A DNA stretch of 64,000 nt from Potamilus streckersoni. Lineage: Eukaryota. Where the stretch lies: NCBI GenBank assembly GCA_016746295.1, contig JAEAOA010001935.1, positions 2,738,024 to 2,802,023 of the forward strand, read 5' to 3'. Position numbers and translations under genes: made by a program. The notes beneath the pieces were generated by a model. That model was not told the DNA's origin and searched no databases. It saw nothing but the letters and a program-made list of their open reading frames with translations. Below are positions 52,901 through 64,000 of this stretch, one piece after another; the stretch's first letter is position 1; the number at the start of each line of letters is the position of its first letter.

Positions 52901-55900
52901 ATGCTAGCTAAAGCTCAGTCTATCATTCCAGTGATTAGAGCTCAATCTTACAATGAAGATTATGTTAAATGACAAACATTTACAGATAACTCAAATCAAA
53001 TAACTATGATGCTGATACTTAGCATACTATTTAATTTGCAGAGACTATAATAAGTTATTTTATGGTATAAAACACATTTACACTTGATCGAGCTGATCAA
53101 AATGATTGTCTAATGAAAGCTGCTGGTGTCAATGATGCACAGTTTATAATTTCACAGTTGGTGTTGTGGATGCCACATATCATTCCTTTGATTGATAAAT
53201 TAATAGAACCTGAGACAATGCTAACAAAATTCACAGAAAAAGTATCTTATGCAGAACAAAGTTTATCAAATTGCAATTCACAATTCTATCAATAACACTT
53301 GATGAATAACAACAGTATCAAGCAAACAGTTACCAAGGCATGTATTTATTGTGTTTTAACAACAGAATAGACATGGAAGTCAACTTCAAAACAATTCTGT
53401 ACTGGATAGTCCAGATGTAAGATGAATATTTGTCAGAATAAATTCCAAGCAGTATCCTGACCAAGCATTCAAATATAATTTTGCAGCTAATGCTGCAGTA
53501 TCAGCTGACAGAGATGTATTTTGAGCTTACATGTATCTGATGTAAAAATATCAAGATACTGACATTTAATCTCAAATTTTAATTGAAGAATTTAGGAAAC
53601 TTCATTCAATATTTCACTTTGATGTCAGTAAGCATAACGAACAAGCTATGGTATCAACTTCAGATATTGAGGTCACGTGGACACTTGGACAAATATTGAG
53701 GTCACATGGACACTTGGACAGATTCTAGCTGCTCCAGATAATATGTATTATGCATACATGCTAAATGATAAATTCTTAACAATAGAATCTACCAAGGGAA
53801 GGATGACTGTTGTTTAAGTGTTAACTGGTGTGAGCAATACAACTTTATTCACAAAGTGATGGAATGTATTGATTTTCTTGCAAGTAGTGGAGTGATTGAA
53901 GTATAACTTTTATCAAACAAAAGGAAAAGAAAATACAATGAAATATATTATACACAATGTGATCTTATATCTGAGACAAATTAAAACATTAACACAAGCT
54001 ATTATTAAACAATAATCTGTTTCACTGAAGATAGATTTCAGACTAGGATTGTCGAGCAATCCACCACCAGCAAAACTAACACTAACACAGTGGCAACTCA
54101 ATAAAATACAACTGCAAAAACCTATTATGTTAAATTTATCAGCAGTGCAAGTTACTGCAATGGCCAAATTGCAGGTGATCCATGGTGGTATTTTGGGACC
54201 TGCAATTGCAACTGTTGTGAAAATGGTTCTACCAAAATTACCACTAGTTTTAGGAATGTTTAGGATAGCCGCTGCTTCAGGGGCAATATCTGGAGCAACA
54301 AAAAAAAAAGATGTGTCTGGTGATTAAGTCACCAGCAATGGAATCAAACAGTAATCTAGTGATTTTATCTAATGGTTATAATAAAAAAAATGCCTGGAAA
54401 ACATAAAACAGCAACGACATGTAAAAACAACTAAGAAAAAAGAGAAATGCAAAGATGAACTGGAAAGCATTTCAATGTGGATTCATAGGTCTGTTCTTAG
54501 CTGGAAGTCTACTTCTCAATCTGCTGGGGATAGGAAAGGACTAAAGACAAGTTACTGCTCCACTCTCCACTGATAAATCAAAGTTGTGTTATAAATATCC
54601 AAAATTTCAACAATAAATCTGGTACAGATTGGGTACAGTTTATCAACAATAGATCTGGTACAGATTGGATACAGTTTATCAACAATAGATCTGGTACAGA
54701 TTGGGTAGCATTTTATAACAACTGCTTTCATTCATCGGGCTGCCAAGTCGATGAAATCGCAATGCCTCATGACATGTTCCCATGACAACAAAAAATGACA
54801 AATCTGGTTGTAACTGTATAATGCTTGATGAGTTGAGTGATATGAAACTGAAAGGAAAAAGTGAGCAAGTTGATTGTATGCTAGTACAATGTATCATTGG
54901 AGCAAAATATAAACTTGGAAAGCCCTGGCTTGAGAGAAAAGTATACTTTACAACAATGGAGTGCAGAGCACTTTAGCACATGCACTTCACAGACCTAAAA
55001 AAGGTTACCTCGATGAAGCCTTATTGCAAATGCAGTTGATGACATATGGGCAACACATCTCACTGATATGTCAAATATTTCACAGTACAATGAAAACATA
55101 AGGTACCTGATGAATGTAGTTGATATTTTTTAGTAAATACGTGTTTAGGAAAAGCTATAACTAATGCAACAACAACTCTTTGAAATGAAATCCTGTATGT
55201 CAGACCAATAAAAACCTTACAAAGACTAAAAACACCATACATGAAAATTGTATTCATACATTATATAAGATCAACAGTTTTAAAACAAATGGTATACACA
55301 AAGAATTTTTACACATATTTACATCATTATTTACATTTTTGAAACTTTATTTCATTCTTTTTACTTATAACCTTATCATCTATCTGCTTTGGCTGAACAA
55401 AGAAGCTTTTGATGGAGTCTCCCTTTTTCATTTCAAAGTTTCTTTGTAAACAACTGTAATGTCATTACTTCATATTTTACAAAAAGCATGGGAAGATCCT
55501 AACTTGGATATATCTACGGTGCCAGGGCAGACTTTATTCCAATCAGTCTGAAACTTGCCATGATCTCTGCCAGTATCTTCAAGCTTGCATTTCTTTAAGT
55601 TAGGCTTGACCATTTGATGGATGGAATATTTCAACTAGATTGATTCATTTGAATATTTCGACTAAAATATTTTAACTAGATGAAAGAAAAAAAAGAAAAA
55701 AATTAAGATTTGACACATGATATGTGAAGATCTCCCAATTACAAATGTGTTATGAATTTATCTATATCTCCCATAAACTACAAGATATTATGCCAAGAGC
55801 TATAAAAAAAATGGAAATCTAGAAATAAAGAAATCGACATCAGTCCAGAAGTTTCTTCCTTGTAAGCTGTTGATGGTTTCTATTAAAAGTGTATATCTGG

Positions 55901-56719
55901 TGTTTGAAAAGTTATGAATTTGCTAAATGGTGTGCTGATTTTGGTCACAAACTTGATATAAATTGGCAGTGTTACACATTTTCAAGCCACAAAAGTGGTA
56001 TCTGTACTACTGTCATTATAGCAATGCATCTTCATGTTTGCATTACATATCTGACAAACTTAATTCAAACTATGACAGCATGATAAAGTGCTAAATTCAG
56101 CAGACTGTTTATTTTTAATTATTATATTGTTACAAATTTTAATAAATCAACTTTATCGCCACACAAAAAAGTTGGACAAATTATGGTTACACCAACATGA
56201 CTGCCACACTCTGCAAAGTATGAAAATTTTGTAAATTTTATGCATTTGATAGTAATAAGTATAAATAATAAAATAATCATGTATAAAATAAAAAAAACAT
56301 ACTACACAGGTAGTTAGTCAATATTAGAAATCTGAGTGAATGTCAAATTTCAGAGCCATAAACAAAAAGATCTTCACACACACGAGTTGAACCATGAGTG
56401 AAACTCATTTCATTATCTAATGAAAAGTATGCTTTTGATTATGATTTGTTTGGCTGTTTCAGGCCATCCTTATCTCATTGAATTCTCATTCTAAAATACA
56501 ATTTTGCCCAGATTCCCAGATGCACACAAAGCGAAAAAAAAATATTTAACAAAGATTTAAATTTTGTATGAAAAATAGTACAAAACAGTTGTACGGCCTA
56601 CACTGACAAAAAGGAAAAAAAAAACATACAAATTATGGGTAAATTGTACAAATTGACACCTATGCTAATGCTATGTGAGATATTATAATCAGCACATAAA
56701 GAAACCAAATAAAGTATGG

Positions 56720-57110
56720 ATGTCATAGAGTGGAGTTTTTAATAAGCAATTCAAAGAGTTTCTGGAACAAAATAGTATTATCAAATATATCACTGGGAAT
56801 GAAGGAAAAAGTGTCAGTGTCCAGAGATTTAATCACACAATAAAAGAAAAGATCTACAAACAACTCACAGCCAAAACCACTAACAGATATGTTGATGATC
56901 TGCAAAAGATTGTGTCAATTTACAATAACACAAAAGCATAAAACACTTGGAATGTTGCTCAATGAATCTGTTAATAATCCAGTGCTGGTGAACGAGAATA
57001 TGTACCAAAGACACAAATTTAAAGTCGTTGATAGTGAGAATTTCACTAGTTGCAATATTATTGTCAGTTACACTCCCATATACCTGATAGACTCACATCC
57101 CCATTTGAAT
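56720..57110 (+). mobile_element. Decayed rve-type (retroviral or Polinton-like) integrase core fragment. It reads FNKQFKEFLEQNSIIKYITGNEGKSVSVQRFNHTIKEKIYKQLTAKTTNRYVDDLQKIVSIYNNTKA*, then continues after a frameshift as HKTLGMLLNESVNNPVLVN
   Basis: Conserved C-terminal integrase core pattern (V.RFN.T.K..I.K.L....W...L..IV..YNNT.H.T.GM.P.E), interrupted by a stop and a frameshift. ORF 56889..57365 is its out-of-frame tail. Confidence 0.5.
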
Positions 57111-58614
57111 ATTATCACACAACAGTTTATAAATAAAATCCTTGATAAACATTTCAGTATATTCCACATCATTCTCCAATGTCACTTTTATCTAACCAGC
57201 TGGAGTTCTAACCACAAATTTAGTTTTAAGATTAATCACCACTCCCAGCATATTTCCAGCATAGCAGTTGTACTTCTGATAAATGTAGAATATCTGCTGC
57301 TCACTAGCCATTGGTTTAAGTCAACTAAGCATAATTTTGTTCATCTTATAATAACACCAATTTAGTTTCTTTTATTGACGTTTTCATATTGTACTAATAA
57401 AGAAACATAAAACTGTAAATATAGCAATTTTGAAACTTGCTGATATCGCAAAGAGAAGCTTAATCTTGACAGAAAGATGTCAGCCTAAAAAAATTACAGC
57501 TGGGTTCAATAACACCTCGAGATCTGATGATAAATGTTTATTAGCAATGTTTATTTCTGTGCCAAAAATTTATATCATCTGCTTCTACCAACAATTAAGT
57601 CTGAGCTTGCCTTAGACAAGAGTCTAAGATGATAGTTAAGTGTTTTGTTCAGCTTTCTAAGCTAAATGTCTTCAGGATATCAACAGCAAATAGGCTTGCT
57701 GATCAGATGTCTCAGCAGCGAGAGGAATTTGCTAATCATTATATCACATAAAAATGACACTATGAAATATAATCCATTGCAAAGTAGCTCATATGTTGAG
57801 CTGCCCACTAAGATAAAAAACTCAAAATGTTGCATCAATGTCTGGAACAATGATGGCAAATGTTTTCAATGGCCTATATTAACAGTGTTATTTCCAGCAT
57901 GAGAGCATTCTTATCAGGTATCAAATTATATTCGTCATGTTTACAATCTTAGTGGGATTGACTTTCCTGTTTTTGAAAATCATATTCCAAACTTTTGAGA
58001 AACAAAATAAACTCCTGTTATCAGTAGATATTAGTATGTTTGGTGTTAATGATGATACATAATAGATCTATCCAAGATGCATCAAACATCACCAACACCA
58101 ATAAATGCACTACTTTATTAAATAAAGAACTTTAATGGGCAAGTGAGAGGGCAATATAACAAGCATAAGGAAAAAAACAATTTATGTTTCATATGCTGGT
58201 ATGGTTGTAAGTCTCAACAGGTATTTGAGTAACATCTTGAGAATTGCTCTAAAGTACAGTGGATATCGATGCCTGGTGAAGACAAAAAGATTTTACAAAT
58301 TACAAACACAAGATGAAAGTGCCTTTTATAATTTATGCAAATTTTGAGTTTGTTTTACTTCCAGTGCTTGGAGCAGAAAATAACCCTGATAAATCTTCAA
58401 CAAAAAAAATTCAAGAACACATCTTGTGGAGTGGCATTTAAAAATGTCTGTGCTGCTGATAAAGGTTTATCAAAATCAATAAAGATTTATCAGGGCATAA
58501 ATCCTGCCCTCTGGCGCCTGAAAAAAAACTTACAATGACCTTGATTTTCACTGATGTTATTTGCTAAGGCAAAAAAAATGAAACTGATAGCAGGAAACAA
58601 GAGGCTTGATTTGC

Positions 58615-59345
58615 TTCAGTAGAACTATGTCATATTTGTGAACAGGAGCTTTTGCCTTAAGATCATGTAAACTATCACTGTCATATTACTGGTAAGTATC
58701 GCAGTCCAGCACATAACAAATGTAATTTAAAATATACCACACCAGATTTATTTCCTGTTGTCTTTCAAAATTTCATAGGATATGATTCTCATTTGTAGTT
58801 TTAGCTTTACAGCCAAAAAAACCCATCAGAAAATGATGTTTAACAATAAAATAAAGTGCAAGTCTCTGACACTCAGCAAGATTTATTGATAGTTTTCAGT
58901 TTATGGCAGCATCATTCGATGAGCTTGTAAAAGGTCTGCATTAAATTCAATAATTTGACTAAATATTTTGGTGATAAATCAAGTTTATTGACACAAAAAG
59001 GAATTTTTCCTTATGAGTATCTTGATGATTGGAACGGAAAGATAAGTTTTTTTTCTTGTTTAGATCTTGAGAGTGTCAGTGATGTTGATTATGCTGAATA
59101 GATATGGGACTCATCCGGCTGTAAAAACTTGAGAGATTATCATGATTTGAATCTTATCACAGATGTGCTATTGCTCGCAGATTTATTTGAACATTTCTGA
59201 TGTCTGCACTGATAATTATTCAGATGGATAAGTGAAAAACAATTTTTTGATGAAGCTGATAGAATCGTTACAGTGGGATGCAAGAACCCTGAAGTTCGTT
59301 ATTTTGTTGGAGTTGATTTTGACGATCCTTTTGAGATTTATGATG
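58615..59345 (+). mobile_element. Decayed protein-primed family-B DNA polymerase (pPolB, DNA_pol_B_2-like) fragment, the Polinton/Maverick hallmark gene. It reads CHICEQELLP*DHVNYHCHITGKYRSPAHNKCNLKY..PDLFPVVFQNFIGYDSHL ... SFDELVKGL ... FKNLTKYFGDKSSLLTQKGIFPYEYLDDWNGK ... SDVDYAE*IWDSSGCKNLRDYHDLNLITDVLLLADLFEHF
   Basis: Recognised from memory, not from a search, as the conserved N-terminal module of eukaryotic element-encoded pPolB (CxxC...DHCHxTGxxRGxAHxxCNL, PVxFHNLxGYDxH, PYEYxDxW, KNLxxYHDLYLxTDVLLLADVFExFR). Multiple stops and frameshifts indicate a pseudogene. Confidence 0.5.
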
Positions 59346-59945
59346 AGCAATAACAACTATCCATTTTGTCCAGAATCAATGCTGATTGATTACAATTTAT
59401 TATGATGAGCAATAACAACTATCCATTTTGTCCAGAATCAATGCTGATTGATTAGAGTTTATTATAATGAGCAATAACAACTATTCATTTTGTCCAGAGT
59501 TATTGCTGATTGATTACAGTTTAATATGATGAGCAATAACAACTATCCATTTTGTCCAGAATCAATGCTGATTGATTACAATTTATTATGATGAGCAATA
59601 ACAACTACCCATTTTGTCCAGAATCAATGCTGATTGATTACAGTTTATTATGATGAGCAATAACAACTATCCATTTTGTCCAGAATCAATGCTGATTGAT
59701 TACAATTTATTATGTTGAGCAATAACAACTATCCATTTTGTCCAGAATCAAATGCTGATTGATTACAATTTATTATGATGAGCAATAACGACAATCCATT
59801 TTGTCCAGAATCAATGCTGATTGATTGCAATTTATTATGATGAGCAATTACAACTATCCATTTTGTCCAGAATCAATGCTGATTGATTACAGTTTATTAT
59901 GATGAGCAATAACAACTATCCATTTTGTCAATGCTGATCAATTAC
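59330..59945. repeat. Minisatellite with a 62-bp unit (tgatgagcaataacaactatccattttgtccagaatcaatgctgattgattacaatttatta), about 9 copies, beginning inside the 3' end of the pPolB remnant
   Basis: Period 62 bp. The first unit is contiguous with the pPolB-fragment reading frame (..FEIYDEQ). Confidence 0.9.
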
Positions 59946-60139
59946 AATTTATTATCTGATGAACATATGTTAACCTTTTTCTGAAAACAAAACCTGAACA
60001 GCTCAATTGTTGGGAAATTTTAGATAAGTTACAACTCTCAAAAGGCTTAAGACTAATGGATGAATACTCTTGAATCATTTCATTATAATTTTACATGTGT
60101 ACTCAAAGCATAATGCACAAATACAGATCACTTACATCA

Positions 60140-60400
60140 TGTTTTACATGATCTCAGCTGGTAGAGTATCAGTCTTGTATTCAAAGGGTAGCAGGTTCAA
60201 TACCCACCAGTTAAGGTCAGCTGCCTAGGCATGCCCATGGGAAAGGCATTTAACTAACATTTCCCCAATGTGATATAACAAACAGAAAAGTGCCATTTGT
60301 CCAGTTTTGGACTTCCAGACATTAAAATAAAAACTAAACTGCCATGGAAGTCACACAGAATTTGTATGCTCAATTTTTTAAAAACCCTGGTGAAAATTTG
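60140..60400 (+). mobile_element. SINE-like element with a tRNA-related head (tctcagctggtagagtatcagtcttgtattcaaagggtagcaggttcaatacccacc)
   Basis: D-arm-like (agctggtagag) and T-arm-like (ggttcaatacc) motifs, but no acceptor-stem pairing. Followed by a non-tRNA body. Confidence 0.45.
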
Positions 60401-60589
60401 GGTTGTTTTGAAATAAATGATAATAAGCAAACTTGTAGGTTTCATAACAAACAAACCCAGTTATCTCAATTACGTCGGAGGTGTCAACAAATCTTTGACA
60501 TAATTGGGACCCAAGAATGATTTGGTTTGGTGTTCTATTTCACAGCAACACAGAAAAGGTTATATCATTCTAAGGCAAATAATTTGTCT

Positions 60590-60700
60590 TAATACACCAC
60601 AGTATCCTATCTTGTCCGAATCAGTGGCAGAAATTGAACCTGCACCGTTCTGGTCACAAGTCTGATGCATTAACCACTGAACCACCTTAACTGTATATAT
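60590..60700 (-). mobile_element. tRNA-related SINE head or tRNA pseudogene (reverse complement ggtggttcagtggttaatgcatcagacttgtgaccagaacggtgcaggttcaatttctgccactga)
   Basis: D-arm-like and T-arm-like motifs on the minus strand. The anticodon stem does not pair canonically. Confidence 0.4.
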
Positions 60701-60927
60701 TGGCATGATTAAATATAGTTTTTGAATTCTGTTAGTCATCAGTCCTTCACCTCTGCATCCAAGCCACAATGGATGTCTGTATTTTGGATTGATGAAAGGT
60801 AGCTTGAATCATTGGAAATGATAGGAATAGGAATATTTACTGTCTATCAATGTCCAGTTATATTCTTTGTGCGTTTTTTTGTTTGTGTATATAACATTTC
60901 TTGGAAAATGTGTTGGTCTTTTTTCAG

Positions 60928-61074
60928 AGTCCAGAAGATACAATTAGAGGATTGCTGCAGAAGGGGAAAATTGCAGAGGGCTTTTCAATGAACAGAGCAG
61001 AGGAGATCTATACCTCCATAGGAGACCTTCTAGAAGAAGCCAGTCTCCATGAAAACAAAGATCTAGCCAAAGAG
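60928..61074 (+). CDS. Probable further exon of the same + strand gene (C-terminal region): SPEDTIRGLLQKGKIAEGFSMNRAEEIYTSIGDLLEEASLHENKDLAKE
   Basis: Acceptor cttttttcag|agt and donor aaagag|gtttga. Open frame, phase-compatible with exon 18 and the next exon. I recall no homology to assign, and exons may be missing in the preceding 11-kb intron. Confidence 0.5.
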
Positions 61075-61083
61075 GTTTGAATG

Positions 61084-61230
<147 letters not shown>

Positions 61231-61329
61231 TTAGATTGTGAAATATTTTGATGATAAAAAATATGACCAATGTGGAGTGAAAGGAATTCTCACATTCCAA
61301 AATCTTCAGTTATTCTTCTCATGATTTGA

Positions 61330-61640
61330 ACCAGAACTTTTTTGAATGATTGAGAATGGAACTGGGCCCATCATTCTGGGATTTCTGAATGATTGAGAAT
61401 GAAACTGGGCCCCTCATTCTGGGATTTCTGAATGAGATTGGAACTGGGCCCCTCATTCTGGGATTTCTGAATGATTGAGAATGGACCTGAGCCCATCATT
61501 CTGGGATTTCTAAATGATTGAGAATGGAACTGGGCCCCTAATTTTGGGATTTCTGAATGATTGAGAATGGAACTGGGCCCATCATTCTGGGATTTCTGAA
61601 TGATTGAGAATGGATTTGGGCCCATCATTCTGGGATAGAA
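61330..61640. repeat. Minisatellite with a unit of about 44 bp (gaatgattgagaatggaactgggcccatcattctgggatttct), about 7 copies
   Basis: Direct periodicity with one shorter variant unit. Confidence 0.85.
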
Positions 61641-62366
61641 AATTTATGGATTTTGAATTTCAGGAGTAAATTCCTACAATCCGGAATTCTGATTAACTTC
61701 CTAAAATTCTGTCTTATATTGACATAAATGTGAAAATAGCAAATGTTAGTGTCAGTATTGAGTTGTGTTTGAGAAGATGACAGTATGTGAAATGGTGCAA
61801 GTCATTGTATATTATATGTAAATGTTTAATCTATGTACAATCTATTTTTTAAACAGTTTCTTTTATCTGATGTGTCATTTCTTCTTTAAATACATCAGCC
61901 AATCATAATACTTTTGAAGAACTTCTACTAACTCACAGATTCAGCCCTCCCAGATAATACTCTTAGCTAAATGGAGCTGAAGATTGTCTGCCAACCTAAA
62001 TGGCAGTCAGGCAAAGTGATATCTTCATGGTATAACAATTGACAGCAAAACCTGTGAAATCCTCTGATACTACCAGATTCCAGAGGGAGTTTTCATTCAT
62101 GGAAAACCCCATAAACATTATTGTTTCAGTTCTGAAAGTCTGTTCATAAACACATAATGAATTTATGGAATTGCTGTTTGTGAAAAAATGTACAATGCTG
62201 GACAGTCTGGATGGATTTGATAATAACATTGCTTCGAATTGTAGCTAGGAACATAACAAATATTTCAGTTTGTAATTTTGAAAGACAGATTCAAAGTTAG
62301 TTTAATCATAGAAATGGGCATGAGTCTATATCCATGTGATGTTTAATATATTTGTATCTTGCTTAG

Positions 62367-62454
62367 GTTTACTCAACACTGGATGATTTCTACTGTCAGA
62401 ATGGATCAGAAGAAGTGAAAGAGGTTCTGGCACAAGTTAAACCTCACATCAAAG
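62367..62454 (+). CDS. Probable further exon of the same gene: VYSTLDDFYCQNGSEEVKEVLAQVKPHIK(+g)
   Basis: Acceptor cttgcttag|gtt and donor aaag|gtaatg. Phase-compatible with 60928-61074. No homology assigned. Confidence 0.45.
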
Positions 62455-62509
62455 GTAATGCCATCATATACTGTGAATGTGTTCACATATAAACCAAGTC
62501 CAGCTGCAA

Positions 62510-63100
62510 ACTGCACGGACTCAGGTCTACTGTCACATAATGTGTGGGTATTTTCAGGTCTACTGTCACATGATGTGTGGGTATTTCCAGGTCTACTGTC
62601 ACATAATGTGTGGGTATTTTCAGGTCTACTGTCACATGATGTGTGGGTATTTCCAGGTCTACTGTCACATAATGTGTGGGTATTTCCAGGTCTACTGTCA
62701 CATAATGTGTGGGTATTTCCAGGTCTGCTGTCACATGATGTGTGGGTATTTCCAGATCTAATGTCACATGATGTGTGGGTATTTCCAGGTCTACTGTCAC
62801 ATAATGTGTGGGTATTTCTGGGTCTACTGTTACATAATGTGTGGGTATTTCTGGGTCTACTGTCACATAATGTGTGGGTATTTCCGGGTCTACTGTCACA
62901 TAATGTGTGGGTTTTTCCAGGTCTACTGTCACATAATGTGTGGGTATTTCCGGGTCTACTGTCACATGATGTGTGGGTATTTCCAGGTCTTCTGTCACAT
63001 AATGTGTGGGTATTTCCGGGTCTACTGTTACATAATGTGTGGGTATTTCCGGGTCTACTGTTACATAATGTGTGGGTATTTCTGGGTCTGTGCAGTTTGT
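62510..63100. repeat. Minisatellite with a 33-bp unit (caggtctactgtcacataatgtgtgggtatttc), about 18 copies
   Basis: Period 33 bp. ORFs 62458..63126 (+) and 62483..63223 (-) are periodic artifacts. Confidence 0.95.
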
Positions 63101-64000
63101 TAAGAGTTTTAAGTAGAACAAACTAGATAGAACTGGATCTGCCAGCATATTATGTGACAGCAGATTGGGATGTGCATTTATTATTGGAATTGACTTCTGT
63201 CTGAGTATACATGATATTTTCATGGTTTTCTTTCATGTGGTTTTATGGAAATTACATTTTATTCAGGAAAAGGGGTCCTATTATTTTCACAGAAGAACAA
63301 TTTTTGGTTTGTAGCAGCCACAAATCCATGAAAATTATACCCCATAAAAAATAGTGATATTTAAAAAATTCAGTAGTCTTTCTCTAACAGATCCTTTGAA
63401 ATCTTAAAGCATTTGATGTTTAAGAAAAGTCCTTAAAATATTCTGGAATTTTATGCTTCCAAAGCTGTATGAATTTTGTATTAGTTTGAGTGTTCATCCA
63501 ATCGGCAAGTATTTTCTTAATGACTTTTTAAAATTTTATTACAGTCATGCTCTTCCTCATCTTGTGTTTTGATTGACAGGTTAGTTATTTAAAATGTGCA
63601 CATTTATATGTGACAGGACCAGATCTAAAATCTGGCACCACCCTTAAATTAGCCTTGGCCTTTTCCATTTGAGATATTGGAGCTGATGTTCCGAGCCAAT
63701 CTTTATAATTTCACTTCAACCAGTCCCACTAAATTTATAATTTCATTTCAGGGGGTCCTCATTTTACTTTGTGTAAAGAAGAATGGTTTGAAAAATATAA
63801 TAAACACAAGAAGTAACTCATTTCACAGTTTTTAATATTATGTTTGTACTTAATCCAATTTAGTAAATGGTATGATGAGTTTAGGGTCTAGGGAGGACAC
63901 TTTCTATAACTGTACCATACAGGTCAGAGTTTCTGGAAGTTGGAAATGTTTCTCTTTATGCAGATCTTACACTCGGTCATGTAATTCAAAATGTAAATTG

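Noticed and set aside
56889-57365. 158-aa ORF as an intact gene
   Set aside because: Its N-terminal part (HKTLGMLLNESVNNPVLVN) is the frameshifted continuation of the integrase fragment that ends in a stop at about 56935. The rest has no homology. It is treated as part of a pseudogenised transposon gene.
62458-63223. Longest ORFs in the window, 246 aa on the minus strand and 222 aa on the plus strand, with repetitive (GLLSHNVWVFP)n and (DLEIPTHYVTV)n peptides
   Set aside because: They coincide exactly with a 33-bp (multiple of 3) minisatellite. Both strands and multiple frames are open, which is the signature of periodic translation of a tandem repeat, not of a gene.
63500-64000. Possible additional 3' exons after the 33-bp minisatellite (several ..cag|g.. 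sites)
   Set aside because: There is no open frame with recognisable similarity or convincing donor/acceptor pairing, so I cannot support them from sequence alone.

Overview
This window is eukaryotic (most likely invertebrate) genomic DNA, not a prokaryotic locus. There are long AT-rich introns with canonical GT..AG splice sites, very many minisatellites and microsatellites, SINE-like tRNA-derived repeats and decayed transposon fragments. Almost the whole window (561 to at least 62454) is taken up by one large + strand gene, of which I could reconstruct 20 exons, about 2.5 kb of coding sequence. The conceptual spliced product reads in this order: the C-terminal half of a PARP catalytic domain (GIYFSD ... 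LLVCDVALGN ... DNEYAVF), then a VIT domain (IEAKYVFPLDDSAAVCGFEAFISGKHIVG ... DVFSVSVGNLPPNSDVLIKITFITEL), then a von Willebrand A domain with an intact DxSxS MIDAS motif (LFLIDMSNSMKG), then a C-terminal tail. PARP followed by VIT followed by vWA is the architecture of vault poly(ADP-ribose) polymerase, so I call this a PARP4 ortholog. The 5' end of the gene lies upstream of the window. The introns contain at least 20 tandem-repeat arrays. From the coordinates below I estimate roughly a quarter of the window is tandem repeat. One array is a 47-bp unit repeated about 68 times over 3.2 kb. The most unusual array (32085-33660) is built from the last 42 nt of an exon plus the first 11 nt of its intron, so the authentic splice donor is repeated about 27 times. 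An 11-kb intron (49.8-60.9 kb) carries a decayed Polinton/Maverick-like remnant with an rve-integrase fragment and a protein-primed PolB fragment. A 62-bp minisatellite has grown out of the 3' end of that remnant. All of the long ORFs in the six-frame track (up to 246 aa) are periodic translations of repeat arrays, not genes. I found no CRISPR array, operon or prokaryotic defence system.
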